DNA of 64,000 nt, taken from NCBI GenBank assembly GCA_054600435.1, contig BAAIJX010000067.1, positions 1 through 64,000 of the forward strand, read 5' to 3'. The notes below the pieces were generated by a model. That model searched no databases, was not told the DNA's origin, and saw nothing but the letters and a program-made list of their open reading frames with translations. The position numbers and the translations under genes were made by a program. The stretch comes from Neophaeotheca triangularis. Taxonomy: Eukaryota. Positions 12,071-25,280 of this stretch are shown piece by piece (the stretch's first letter is position 1; every line of letters starts with the position of its first letter).

Positions 12071-13967
12071 CCTAGTTACTTGGAATTAGCAAGCTCTTCC
12101 CCCCCCTTCCCTTCCCCTATCTTCCGGGGGTCTTGATTAATGAATGGACTTACATGTTTTTACTGAGTGAGTGTTTCTTTCGTGCTTTTCTTTTTCCCTT
12201 ACCTTTGGGTTCCTCTACTCTCTGTTTCTTTTACTATCTTTGTTCCAAGGGGGTTAGGGGGTTATTTTTCTCTTTCTTTTTTTTAAGGATTTGCACTTTC
12301 TTCTCTTTTACTTTTCTCTCTTTTGCTAGGAGGGAGGGAGGGAGGGAGGGGGGAAAGGAAGGAAGGGGGCGGTTTATCAGTGGTCTACATGGGTTGGATT
12401 TGGTTTGATTTGATTTGTTTTGGGTTTGTTGGGGTTGATTTGGTTTCATTGGCTTTGCATTTTGCTTGGGGGGCCTTTGAGGGTTGGTTGTGGTTTTAGG
12501 GTGTTAGAGGTTTTCTCATATTAAGGGGGGTTTTATAGGGGAGGGGTAGAGAAGGGGGATAGGGGGCTTAGGGAAGAGGGGTAATAGAGGAGCCCCGGTA
12601 GAGAGGGGGGAACAGGGGTAAAGAGGGGTGGTGTTGGTAGTAGTGTTGGTTATAGGTTTAATGGGGTTAGAGAGGGGTTGATCCTTCGAACGGACGTAGC
12701 TGTCGAGGGCTTTTTGGGTCGGGGAGGTAAGGGAAGGGTTAGGTCAGGGTTAGGCTGGGGTACACAGGCTAGGGTTACATGTTGGCTTGCGCCTCGGGTC
12801 TTCCGTTTTGAACCTCGTTTTATATTGTAGATAGATAGCTAGGACGGATGCCAGCTTCATATACTCCCAGCCAGCCGGTCGTGTTGTTCTATCAGTCTAG
12901 TTTTCACTTTCAGCGAGTGAGGTGGGAGAGAAGGGTGTGGATATAGGGAGGAAGAGAGAGGAGAATAGTAGCTTTGAAAAGAGAGGGTGGAGAAGAAGTG
13001 TCAAGGAAGTGGAGAAGAAGAAGTAGAGGCAACAGAAAAGGAAGAGTAAAGAAGCGAAGAACCCAAGTCGCTAATGGAAATGGAATTAGCAGTTCTAACT
13101 AAGAGAAGAAGTAGCAGAGGATAGAAATCTTGTCAGAGTAAATGGAAACCCCGATGTCTAGCCAAAGGGTTAAGTAAACAAGAGAAAGCATCTGTAAGCT
13201 CGGTTGAGAGCCCTGGGAGATCGTGCGAGTTTGTCTAGAGTAGGTACTTACCTACCTGTAAGGGTGAGGCGTGTGAACTTGAGAGCATTAGGGGGGGATG
13301 AAGCTGGGTAACATAAACTGTTCGCGGGAACGTGGAGGCCGGAAAGAGACCCTAGACAAGCGGAGTAGTAGTTTAAGATTTAGGTAGGGATGGGAAGAAA
13401 GGGGTAGGAGGTTACAAGGGCGGGGGATAGTAGAAGGGTAGATAGTAGTGTAGAAGGGTCAATATGATGGTAGAAGGTAGGAGAGGAGAGGAGAGGAGGG
13501 CACAGGGGGGCAGAGGAGAATAGGAATAGGGTAAGGTAGACGCTAAAGTAGAGCAGAGAAAGTTTACCGCCATCGTAGCCTACCATGACACCGCTCTTCG
13601 GCCTATACGAACATTGCACCTTGCCAACGCAAAAATAGAAAGAAGCAACCACATGCCTCAATCTCTCCCACTCTTTCTCTACGAGCGCAACAAGGTCTGC
13701 TCCGCCCTCAGCTTCTAGATTCGCGTAAATCATTGGCGAGCATACCCGAGAGAAAGGGAATGTGTCGAATGAGAAATACTAGTATGCTGCATTTATCGAT
13801 GACCCGCTAGATACCGTGCCAGGGGCCCAAGTAAAGCTGAAAGCTCCTCCCGCAGGCTTCAAGCCATGCTTCGAAAATGATCACACCTGTTACAATGCAC
13901 CATGGTACCTCTTACCACATGCACGTCCCGCTAAACCCCTTCCACTCCTCCCCCTAGTTGAACTCCC

Positions 13968-15346
13968 TCATGCCCTCTCCAACCTTCTCCTCAAATTCCT
14001 CGTCCTCTTCATCAACTTCTTGTACTTATGCTTCTTCATCTTCAACTTCCGCTGCCTCTTGACCGATATCAACAACATCCTCCTCCTGCCCCCCTTGGCT
14101 CCAGGCTCCCGAACACTCTTAGTCCTACCGCCTTCGATACTGCGACGCAAAGCCTGCAAGGGCGAAGAACGTGCTTTGATCTGTTGAGCGCGGGCTTTCT
14201 GCGATAGGTACGCGATCTCGCGTTTGCGCATGCGTTCGAGGTAGGGGCGGCGCGGTTCGCGCATTGTTGTCATTGTTGAAGAGGTAGGTTCGGGGATGCG
14301 CACGATGGGGGAGGAGCTGGCAGACCAGGTGCGTTGCCCGTCGGCGGATGTGGACTCGGTTACGACGATGGTTGTGGTGTAAGATTTCTTCTTGGCCTGG
14401 GTGGATTTGGCCGAGGTTTTGCGGGTGGGCTTGGAAGGGGAAGTTTGCTTGTTGGAAGTGGAGTGGGATTCGAGCGGGAAAGCTTGCGGTGGTGGGGGTG
14501 CGCGGAATGGTTTGAAGTTCGCGACGACTTCTTCCAGGCTCTTCATGCGGAAGGGTTGTTGCGTTGGGGCGCCATCGAGGTGGCGTACGCTGCCTTGATG
14601 TTCGTTGTTGCTGGAGCTTTCGTTGACAATCTCCCAGCGGAGGTCGGCTTCTTCGCCTTCGGCATCTCGTAGCTTGCCCCGGGGGATTTGAGTGTTTCGT
14701 TGCAGAGCTTCCGGGTGGAGAGTGAAGATGATGTCTTCAGGACGGCGTTCTGCGGAGTTGCCATTCTCCCAGCCAGTCGTTTGGGCGGTCGGGGGAGTGA
14801 AGATCTGCTCAAAGTCTTGCTGGGTCGAGGGTGGAGGTATGGGAGGGGTGAGCGATAGAGGGCGGTGGAGGGAGAAGAACGAGCTGACGGAGATGTCTAT
14901 TATTACAATGTTAAGCAGGATGTACTTCAATCGCTCACGCGCACTTCAAACATACCTCCAGAGTGCAAATGCTGCACACCAGGCACACTCGGCAAGCCCG
15001 CAAACTTCTCCGCTTCCTCCCTCTTCTTTCCCTCATCAAAACTCTCCGTCTGCCTCTCTGCGTTCTCGCTACTCCTCTTTGACTTGCCCATGCGCTTGGC
15101 AGGCCTCACAGTGGCGGAGGTGTTGGAAGCTCCGTCGGAGGCGGCCTCAGGCTTGGTAGCGGGCGCATTCTTCCCGTCGTTATTCGGCGGACAACTCGCT
15201 TTACTCGAGCTGTCTCTTCGCTGACCGCGACCTTGCTGCCGATGCGCGGCCAAGCATGTCTGCGGCAGGGCTGCAGCGGTTTGGGAAGGGTTAGTGGCGA
15301 GAGCACGGTGGGCGCTGCGAGCGATTCGAGGAGGTAGCAGTGCCAT
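13968..15346 (-). CDS. COX24: Mitochondrial small ribosomal subunit protein mS38 / COX24-like (2 exons, intron ~14897-14955)
   Basis: Arg/Ala-rich presequence MALLPPRIARSAHRAL, a conserved SSFFSLHRPLS block, and the C-terminal LISVKRQRKLKMKKHKYKKLMKRTRNLRRRL signature. Confidence 0.85.
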
Positions 15347-16910
15347 ATTGATGGTTGTATCCCCTTCCTCTGGTGGGTGTTGGAGGTTGAGGAGATGTTC
15401 GCAGCAGTATGCTGTAGAGGAGGGGGTGTGACCTGTTGACGCAAGGCAGGATGAGGTCGCCAGCGAACTCGGTCTCCCGTCCGCTTCGGTCATGGCACGG
15501 GCTTGGCAAATCGCGTTATCAGATCATGAGTGGCTTCATCTTATCTCCGCCTTCCGCGGGCTGAGTGGGTGTCCGCCAGTGGGCTCCATTACCTATACTT
15601 GGGACGACAACACCGCCAGTCCACCACCGAAGGTACCTTACCAACTACCCTGGTACCGCCTAGACGTCCAAGGATTAACATGACCTAATCAGGCATCAAG
15701 AAGCCCTCCGCTCCCGACGACACACATGTTAATAGAGCCGCTGCCAAGGAAGAGCAATGTCCGATATCGTTCCTGTAGAACTGACACGCTGATATGCAGG
15801 AGGCCCAGCTGCCTGTACAGTTCTGGAGTTTCTCCTCGACAGACGTGTCTTCCGCATCACCTCACGGGTACCGACATGTGTTCGCTCTTCTCGGACGGAT
15901 ATCGAGACCCCAAGTCGGTACCCAGAATTGGCTATATTTCTACGACGCAGGCTGCCGTATTAGCTTGGAACTGCCAGCTCCAATCTACGCTTCGCTATCC
16001 GATGCTTTCATGTCTGTGCCAGAAGACAGTCGAAGGTATCTAAACTGTCATCACCTGTGACAGCATGTTGTGAGACTTACCGCCTAAATTCCATCCCGAT
16101 ATCTTCTACTACGAAGGCGTAGCGATAGCCCGACGGTGTTGGGCATCCGCGGCAGAAGCTGCAGCCATCGGTCTCGCAACAGTATGGTAGAGGGCGGGTC
16201 ATTGCGTCTATCGAACGGAAGCCTGCAGTCTATGAACGGGCTGGAGTTGCGGGTGTGGGCAAGGTCATTCAGGAGAAAAGAGAGAAAGATTTCCTTTCCG
16301 TCGAATGGCAGAGGCTGGCCCCTATCTTTCGTCCGTTTCTTCCACCTCAGACCATTATATTTACACTTCTCAACAACTTTATCAACCCTTCTTCTCGAGG
16401 GTTTCCAGTCTATCCATTCGTCCTCTTTTCATTTCTTATGCACAGATAACATACTTTTATATACTGTGGCTAGTAAGCCAAACGTCAAGGTCCTTGACCA
16501 ACAAGAAACGCACAGCAAATGCTGGACCTGGCTCACGTCAAGCAGTCGAGACTTTGAGCTTTCGAGGACCTCGACGCAAAACGTGACGTCGCTGCCATGA
16601 GCACGAAGGCCACGCACATCGTTCGTCTGCCGATTGCGAGTCCGCCATTGTCAGGTCTGGCTTCACAGGCACAAGCTTTGATGTAACTACGACTGCTAAT
16701 CATGGTGGTCGGTACTCTTGCTAACTCGCCGATTTGCCAGCCTGCGTACCTGTACCTTTCTGCACCACTGCATGGCGAGGATGACATTGACAGGAGGTAT
16801 CCTCCAACAACTCCCACTAGGCCTCGGGCGTAGCCTAGAAGCAAGGCGAAGCCGCCAAAGCTGGGTTCACTGCTATCAACACCACGCCTGATTTCACCCC
16901 AACCAATACA

Positions 16911-17890
16911 GTGCCTGAGTTCACTGCCGCCAGCGTCGTAGCCGTGTCCCCTACCGGCTCCGTTAGGACTTGCTTCGCCATGGCTCCCGAGCACCCAGAC
17001 GATGGCGTCGACAACGCCCACGCTCGCGACCAGGGAACCCAGGCCACCAGCACCGACAAGACCCACGATGCTGCCCCAGCCAGAGTGAAGTCGAACCAGC
17101 CACGAAGACCAACGAGGCCGTCCCAGCCAAAGCGAAGTCGATCGTCAAGCACGACACCGACGAAGCCGGCGACGCGGTTAAGAAAGAGGCATCCCAGGAC
17201 GCTGAGCCGGTCCAGTGCCTGCGCAAGGAGTCAAAGGGCTCCTCCAAGACCTCGCAGACCGACAAGCCAGGCCGAGCGCGACTCCGCCAACAAGGGACAC
17301 CAAGAGCTTCGACACCGACATCTCTCCCAACAAGGACATTCTCCTTACCATGGTAAAGTAATAACCCGGGTACGAGGACTTGGTTATGCAGAACACCATC
17401 ATCAAGACCCGTACCGGCTCCCTGATTTAAGAGGGCCATTCTCGACTTTCAGACCTTGTACGAGTACGCTCGTTCGCAGCCAGTTGATTGAGTGTGTTGA
17501 CGCAGCAGTTGGGCCATTCATTGCTGCGAGAATCTGACTCGTGTGCCTTTCAAAGGCATTCACAACTCCACGATCAAGGCATTTTGGCAGCCGCTTGATC
17601 CTTGGGAGTACAGGAATGATGCGCTCTTTGTCCAGCCCTATTAGTCTCTCATATCCGACCAGATTCTTCAGACTCTATCACCATCCACCAATTTCAGATA
17701 ACACTTGTGTCAAACATATCCGACAGGGCCATCGAAAGGACCATTCAGAACTCACCTTACGATCGGGAAGCATGATACTATTCTCACCCCTTAGCAACCC
17801 GAGCTGAACAATATTCTTCATCTTGGGCAAGAGCGAAAGTGGCGACCTGGCGCTATACGCCTACTCGATGAGCAGCACCATCGGAACCTG
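16911..17890 (+). pseudogene. Possible decayed gene of unknown family
   Basis: Coding-like ORF pieces in overlapping frames (16911-17537, 16970-17356) that continue in one frame across single stops (17541-17807 and beyond). No recognisable domain. Confidence 0.25.
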
Positions 17891-18809
17891 AATCCTGCAT
17901 CTGTACGTGGCGATGCTTGTTCGTGCCTGCTGTGTCTGCGTTTTGGCCGGTGGTGTTTGACTGGTCGAAGTCAAGATCTTTACGTGAGGACCAGGATCTG
18001 AACGCAGACACAGACGCTAAGAAGCATCGCCGCATGCAGATGCACGATCCAGGCTCGGTAAAGGTGAAGCCTTGGGCCAACAGCTCACAATCGAGCAAAA
18101 GGAAACCCCCAGTCTCGAGACTAGAGGGAAGGAAAGATCCTATACAGGATTTTCACTTTGTTGATTGGTCGAGTCGGTTCGGATCGGTTCGGTGGGGCGA
18201 GAAGGAGGGTTTGTCGTTTCGCTAGGTCGGTCGCCTTTATCTATAATTCCGAATCAATCTTATATATATCCAAGCTCTTTCTGACGACAGAGAGGTTCGA
18301 ACACAGCACCTTCATCCGGAATAGGAAGTCCCGCAATACCTGCTCACTTGCCTCGAACTGAGCAAGTGAGTTTGACTTGGATTGGGACGTCCTAAACTGT
18401 TGGGCTACTGTGACTCTCGTAATGGATGTCCTGTGGAGGTAGTTTATATACTTTGGTTGCTTATGGCGGTCTCGAGGAAGGTTTCGACGGCGACGATGAC
18501 AGACTGCTGTACGCCATCCATTCGCTCGGAAGGTATAGCATGTGTCCAGGTGTTCTATGCCTCACTGTGACGCAAAGTCTCTTCACTTCATCTCTCTTCA
18601 CTTCACATACCTAAACCTCCTCGTGTCCTAACCTCCTCGTGTCCTCACCTCACCAACCTCACCAACCAATACAAATTCCGGCGCCCATGTCTCTGACCAG
18701 ACACCCTCGGTCCATCTTCCAATTTCAGGCCACGATATCCACCTTGATTCAACGCCTCGAAAGTAACCCCCGAACACAACTACCACAACTACCACAACTA
18801 AGCCAAAAT

Positions 18810-19967
18810 ATGCCACCATTCACCCTAACCACAGCCCTCTTCCGCCAGCGTAGTTACCTTCACCAGCCATACCTCAAGTCACATCCCGGCCTCTACAACA
18901 GCGCCCGCAACCTCATATCCAACACCAGTGCCCCCACCTCTCGTACCAGAGTCCCCCTAACCACAAAGCCCACCCCACCCGAACAGCCCCGCCCCCTCGA
19001 CCTGGAGATCCTAGGCTTCAAACTCTCCCTGGCACGGAATTTCCCAAACCCAAGCACTACCACCTCTGCCTCAGCGGAGCCAATCGACCTCGTTCCAGCA
19101 TTCGCGGCAACCACAACCCCCAGCAATACGACCAAGAGCACCACCGTCACGTCTCTCAAAAGCGCTGAAGTCAGCCTGACGGCAATCCAAGCTCAGCCCG
19201 AACCCGCCAAACTCTTCGACCTCGAGATCCTCGGTTTCGCCATCAAGCCCTCGGGCACCTGGGCCTCCGCTCTCATCAGCAGCACCGGCACCGCATCCGC
19301 TCCCGAAACTACAACCGCCCAGCCCTCCGTCCCAACCTCCAGCGGCCGCGACCACAGTGCTAACGCTCGAGTCCCGCCAAGCGCGCCCATCAACAGCACT
19401 CGCGCTGTCTCCAGCGCTGTTGCCACCACAGTCAGCGGCTCGCAACTAGGGCCCCTGGGGCCTAGACGCGGTGTCCCCATCCCCATTCCCAGCAGCCGTG
19501 CAGATTGCAACTTTGGCCCTGACGACAGTGCCGAGGAATCCGAGTCAGGACCAGGCCGTTTGGCCCGAGCGGCTGCCGCGGTGACCTGGTTCGCTTACTG
19601 CTACCTCGTAGCGGCAGTGGTCTGCGAGGGGTTTGAGAGGATGGCTGAGAGGGAGAAGGTGAAGAACGGGGTTTTCGCCGGTGGCCGTGAGGGGAGAGAG
19701 AAAGCGACGGGGGTTCTTGATGAAGAAAGAGAGGAGGGGGTAAACGGGAGCAAAACTACGGGGAAGAAGGAGAGCGAGGGTCTTTTGCATGTTCGTTGGT
19801 TTGAGCCTCTTGCAAGTGGGCAAGGAAGGGTGATCGGACGGGGCGGAATGCTAATGATGTTGTGTAGATTGCTTCTGAAGCGGAAGGAGTCCGGGACCAG
19901 GACGGTCGTGGAGATGGAAAGACATCGGAGGCCGAGGAGGAGGAAAGCGAGAGTGATGAGACTTTAG
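18810..19967 (+). CDS. Hypothetical protein with presequence-like N-terminus, duplicated (L/F)DLEILGF motif and one hydrophobic segment
   Basis: Long ORF with ATG at 18810 in good context, an Arg/Ser/Thr-rich acid-free N-terminus, and a TM-like AAAAVTWFAYCYLVAAVVC. The 3' end is uncertain. Confidence 0.55.
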   Translation: MPPFTLTTALFRQRSYLHQPYLKSHPGLYNSARNLISNTSAPTSRTRVPLTTKPTPPEQPRPLDLEILGFKLSLARNFPNPSTTTSASAEPIDLVPAFAATTTPSNTTKSTTVTSLKSAEVSLTAIQAQPEPAKLFDLEILGFAIKPSGTWASALISSTGTASAPETTTAQPSVPTSSGRDHSANARVPPSAPINSTRAVSSAVATTVSGSQLGPLGPRRGVPIPIPSSRADCNFGPDDSAEESESGPGRLARAAAAVTWFAYCYLVAAVVCEGFERMAEREKVKNGVFAGGREGREKATGVLDEEREEGVNGSKTTGKKESEGLLHVRWFEPLASGQGRVIGRGGMLMMLCRLLLKRKESGTRTVVEMERHRRPRRRKARVMRL

Positions 19968-20339
19968 CTGCTTTGAGGTGAGTTTTACCTTTCGACACCT
20001 GCCTTGTGTCTGTGAAGGCATACTGATTTCTGTTGGAGTAACTTGACGCGACCTTGAGAAAGATGATGGGGAAAGATTGTCAGATGCAGTCGAGCATTTT
20101 CGCTGTGACCTACTGGCAAAGCGTATACGGCCGTACTGGGGTGATGATTGCCGCCGAAGTTCAATAACGTGAAACCCGAGAGACACGCGAGGCGGGCGAA
20201 AGCTCCAGACGGTGTAAACACGGGGTTTGTTATACAGCTCTAAACCATCCCCTGAGCACGCGAGCTCGCACACAGTATACACAAGTCTAGCTCTTTGGAA
20301 TCCCCTTCAATGATTCGCTGCCAAAGCCACACCGATTCC

Positions 20340-20889
20340 CTACTCCTCGTCACCAAACTCAGCTCGGCCTTCCTTCGAGTTGAGGTATTCATTCCTGTAG
20401 ACGTATCACGATCAGCACATATCCCAATGACACAATGCTACAATCCCGCCATCTCCAATCCCCCCAACTATCGTCCATGGCCCCTCCCTCTCCTTTCGAT
20501 GCGCCTTCCAAAACCCCAGCCCCATGTCCATTGTACCTCCTCTGCCCGCTCTTCGTCTGTGTAACTCACCTCTCAATAGCCCAGCTCATGCACTGGTAAG
20601 CAATGACCAACGGCAGCCCCCAGTACAAAATCTGGCCGCGTGTCCGCCTCCAGGTGTTGAAAACTGCCGCGTTGGCTGCGCCCGCGAGGGGGGCTTGTCG
20701 GTTCTGCGCGAGGCCGTAGGTGGTGATACCCTTTTGTGGGGGAGAGCCGAAAGCACCCCACCAGCCCATGTACCTGGAGTGTAGTTGTTAGATGTATGTC
20801 TTGAGGAATGGGGGTGTTGTGGTAGGTAAGGCGTACTGGCCAGGCTTCTTGTCGCCGCCGCCGCCGCGGAGGATCTGAGTCGCGCGCAT
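20340..20889 (-). CDS. QCR8: Cytochrome bc1 complex subunit 8 (3 exons)
   Basis: Spliced MRATQILRGGGGDKKPGQYMGWWGAFGSPPQKGITTYGLAQNRQAPLAGAANAAVFNTWRR...WAIERNEYLNSKEGRAEFGDEE. Confidence 0.95.
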
Positions 20890-21268
20890 TGTGAGTGGTT
20901 TGGTAGTCGGAAGGGGGGTTTGGTTATCGTGGTGGGACCGGTATTTGAGAGGAGAGTGTCGCGCTTCAACGGGGTGGAATGCGGATAGGGTAGGTATGTA
21001 GTTCAGGTAATCGTCTCGAGAACGACTGGCTTTCGGAGGTTGAAGTGAACTTCGGGAAGAGCCGCTGGAGCTAGCCTAGTCGAGACGCTCCCCAAGCTTG
21101 GCATCGGCTGAAGCTCGACTTCAGAGCATCATCCACCACCAAACGACGACTGTCTGTACCAGCTGCTGCACCCACGCCGTATCTACCACCACCACCACCA
21201 CCACCGCCACCACTACCGATACACCCCTCCGCACCTCCTCAGTACTCCTCCCTCGACTTTCTCCCGAA

Positions 21269-22208
21269 ATGGCAGCCAAAGCTCTCAACACCATCTACCG
21301 CTGGGCGATCCCAGGCGCCATCGTCTTCTCAGGCGCCTCGGCGGCAATGTACGATGTCAAGGGCGGATCGCGCGCAGTCATCTTCGACCGTCTCTCCGGT
21401 GTCTCGGACCAAGTCAAGAACGAAGGCACCCACTTCCTCATCCCCTGGCTGCAAAAAGCCATTACCTTCGACGTGCGCACCAAGCCCAGGAACATCTCCA
21501 CCACCACCGGCTCCAAGGATTTGCAGATGGTGAGCTTGACGCTGCGAGTGCTGCATAGACCCGAGGTCGGCATGTTGCCCAAGATATACCAGGTTAGTCT
21601 TACATCCCAACAAAGGCGGCCCCGCCGCAACCGCGAGCAGAAACAGCCAAGCTAACCCCCACTCCTCTCGAACACAGAACCTAGGCCAAGACTACGACGA
21701 GCGTGTCCTTCCCTCCATCGGCAACGAAGTCCTCAAAGCCATTGTAGCCCAGTTCGACGCCGCGGAACTTATCACCCAGCGCGAAGCCGTCTCGAATCGC
21801 ATCCGGACGGAACTCCTCAAGCGCGCCAATGAATTCAACATCGCCCTCGAAGACGTTTCAATCACTCACATGACTTTCGGCCGCGAGTTTACTAAGGCCG
21901 TCGAGGAGAAGCAGATTGCGCAGCAGGAAGCCGAGCGCGCGCGGTTTATTGTCGAGAAGGCCGAGCAAGAGAGGCAGGCAAACGTCATTCGTGCCGAGGG
22001 TGATAGTGAGGCTGCGGATGTCATTTCCAAGGCTGTGACCAAGAGTGGTGATGGTTTGATCATGATTAGAAGAATCGAGACGCAGAAGGATGTTGCGCAG
22101 ATGTTGGCGAACAACCCGAACATTACGTATTTGCCGAGTGGTGGACAAGGCGGCGAGGGAGGTGGAAATGGTGGGAAGGGCAACTTCTTGCTTGGTTTGA
22201 GGTCGTAG
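21269..22208 (+). CDS. PHB1: Prohibitin-1 (intron 21593-21677)
   Basis: [18 protein letters not shown]...[21 protein letters not shown]...[19 protein letters not shown]...[20 protein letters not shown], an SPFH/prohibitin domain. Confidence 0.97.
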
Positions 22209-22808
22209 GGGAGCGAAAGGTAAGAGTCTTCGGGGGAAGAAAGGGCTATGGTTTCTTGTAGATATAGCACGGCGTGTACGAGGCTGTGGCGTACGGGCAT
22301 AGCATGGTTTATTGGGCGTGGGCAAGTGTTCAATCTACTCTTTTTACCTTCCTTGCTGCTCACTTTCGCACTGATTCGTGTTCTAGGCCATTGCAGGCGA
22401 GATCCAAGGTGTAAAGTCTGGAATGTGCTGAGGCCAGTGGGTTGCCTGCCGTTTCTGGCTTCTATGCTAATAGTTCAGATCTCCCCTTCTCACACTTCTC
22501 AAGCCACTACTGGCAGAGGCCTGTGGCTCCAAGAATACTTCCAAGGTTACAGCTTTTTACTCACATAATTTTCAATCAGCACCGGAAGCCCTCAACTCAA
22601 CCTTGGAAGTGAACTATGCCAAGGAACCTACTGCTGCTGCCGCGCACGGGCCCACTCGACTTCTCGAGGCGGTCTCGCGACTGGGATGACTCTGACCGCC
22701 TGCACAACATCCCAACGCTGTCAAATGTTCTTTGTTTTTTGTGTACTCCCGGACAGGGCACCGAGACAGCGCCGTTGATAAGCATCTTTAGCTCCGACCA
22801 TCGCTACC

Positions 22809-23649
22809 ATGGCCCCCAAAAAGCGCACCAACCAGCCCGATGCCAGCACCTCACTGCCCGCTGACAAGCGAACAAAGTTCACGCAAGACGTCAGGACGAG
22901 CGTCAAGCGCTCTCCCAAGTAAGCAAAGCCTTGAAGATATCCTGGACGGGCTCACAGCGCTAATCTACCTGGACAGGGTCGACGGTCCCACTTTTGGCGT
23001 GATCGTTAGCAACACGGAGAAGCGGTATGATGTCCACGAAGAGCTTTTGAAGCAACACTCCGACTTCTTCCGCGCGGCCATTGATGGTGGCTTCAAGGAG
23101 ACTACCGATCGGGTTGTAAAGATCCCTGGAAGCACGACTCAGGCTTTTGATACTTTCTGCCAATTTCTCCTCACGGGCAAGATCTTCATGGAAGAAGGAG
23201 ACTCGTATGCACAGGCGCAACTACAGCGAACACATTTGGTCCTGGCCTGGCATCTAGGAGAGTACCTGCTTTCCATCTCCTTCAAGGATGCTGTTGTGGA
23301 CGCATTGACTCTTACGCTAGTCGAGAGCATTTGGTGGTATCCAACCTGGCACCGAAATATTTATTGCATTAGCTCGGGATCCTCCGGTATTCGCAAGTTG
23401 CTAGTTGACGAGGCCGTTCATGGAAACAACACGAAAGAGAGTTTGGAGCGCATGGCAGAGGAAGGAAAGGACCATGAGTTCTTCTTCGATGTCGCGGCTG
23501 AGCTTGTTAAGTGGAAGAAGTATGATCGAGTGCACCATCTGACGGAAGGCTACAGCGAGCCTGGCTCTTATCGATTGACTTGCGCCTACCACGAACATCT
23601 TAACGGAAAGGGAAAATGCTGCTACAAGGAGATGTTTTCTATAGCTTGA
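22809..23649 (+). CDS. BTB/POZ-domain protein, copy 1, intact (intron 22919-22976)
   Basis: FGVIVSNTEKRYDVHEELLKQHSDFFRAAIDGGFKETTDRVVKIP...F...LLTGKI...AWHLGEYLLSISFKDAVVD, with C-terminal CAYHEH...CY. Confidence 0.85.
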
Positions 23650-24432
23650 GAGTCGAGTCTTTGAGACAGTCCAAGTTGTGGCCGCGGTGGTTTCTTGAAT
23701 CATGCCTACCCTGGCACCTCGTGAACAAGCCCGCGTAGTAGAACTCAGTGTCTCCGCTTCCGCCACTGGCCGAGCGCCATTAGATTGCGATTGAGGAGAG
23801 AGCGATCACCCTCCGTCAATTTGCAGGGCGAGGGCGGTGGCTGGCGGTTGGCCAAACTTTCACTACGCCCATTAAGCAGGCCTGGCTTCGAGCTCTGCGT
23901 GTTGTCCAAGGGCTTCCAAACGTAGAAGGGGCAAAGTCCATGGTTGCTAAGGGAAGGACACACCATTGAAGGTCTTAGCGTGAGTATTAGGTACTTTCCA
24001 TTTTGATGTCAGCTCTTTGCTCTAAAATGGAAAGCTCGGTTTTTTGTCCGCTTTTACCTTCGTCTACTTTGACGCTCGCTATCTCACCCTCGCCGCTTCG
24101 TGCGCGCTAAGCGTAGTGAGCCCGCCGACTCTGTCATTCACGAGCCTGGCATGGGCTTTCCTGCTTTGCCACTCACTTCGCTTTTGACTGAAGTTGAGCC
24201 CCTTGAATTCTTCAGCCTGCTCAGCCACCTTCGAAGGGATAATCGCTCTTCTCCGAGCTCACTACACTCTCGCACAACATTACTGACTGCAAAGTATTCT
24301 TGCGCTTTCAGTACTGCCCATACCGTGCGACTTTCAACACTCCATTGCAAACAAATCCTTCTCGACTCGGCCTCTTCAATTTCAGACGCAAATTGTTTCG
24401 CACGGCTCATACCGTACCACCAACTCTCTACC

Positions 24433-25280
24433 ATGGTCAAGACCAAGAAGAACACTCGCATGGCTGAGCAGCATGCGGCCTCCGCCGCTGCCAAAGGCAG
24501 GAAACTCGACGTCGACGTCAGAGGCAAGCTTGAGGTCGCTCCTCCGTAAGCTGAACACACTCCGCAAACTCAATACTGGAACTCTGACTAACAGCAGGTG
24601 GCTAGGCTAAATGGTCGCATCTTCACCATAATCGTCGGAACTGCTGGGAAGCGCTTCGAAATCTATGAGGACCTGCTGAAGAAGCACTCTGAATACTTCG
24701 CTGCAGCTATCGACGGGAAGTTTAAAGAAGCTGAAGAGCGCGTCGCCACCATCCCCAGCGGGATGTAGACGAGTTGGGCGATGGCAGTCAAAGTCGCGAG
24801 GCGGAGGCTTTCGAGACTTTCGCCCGCTTCCTCTACACCGGCAAGATCTTCACCCACTGCACCGATTCCTCAAACAAGAACCACTGTGAGACGCACAGCC
24901 TTAAGAACGCCTGGGTTATAGGAGAGTATCTCCTCTCTACTACGTTCAAGGACGCCGTCGTCGACACCTATGGCATCAGCAAATTAGCCCTACGTGACAT
25001 GTACAAGACCGTCTACCGCATCAGCCAGCCAACCTCCGGAATCCGCAAGCTCCTCGTCGCTGAAGCCTTATACTGCGAAGATAAGGGATGGTCACTAAAA
25101 CACCACGACCCGGCGCACGAGTTCTTCTTCGACGTTGCCAATGCATTCGTGGCGAACCTGATGGAAAAGCCGAACAACGTGCTCAGTGGGCAGGGCCGGT
25201 ACGAGAGCATGACTTGCGAGTTCCACGAGCATGTTGGGAAGGAGGGCAAAGTGTGCTACAAAGATTTGTTGACTGCTTGA
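24433..25280 (+). pseudogene. BTB/POZ paralog copy 2 with one frameshift (intron 24546-24605)
   Basis: FTIIVGTAGKRFEIYEDLLKKHSEYFAAAIDGKFKEAEERVATIPSGM stops at TAG 24766-24768. Homology resumes in the -1 frame (AFETFARFLYTGKIF...CEFHEH...CYKDLL). Confidence 0.75.
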
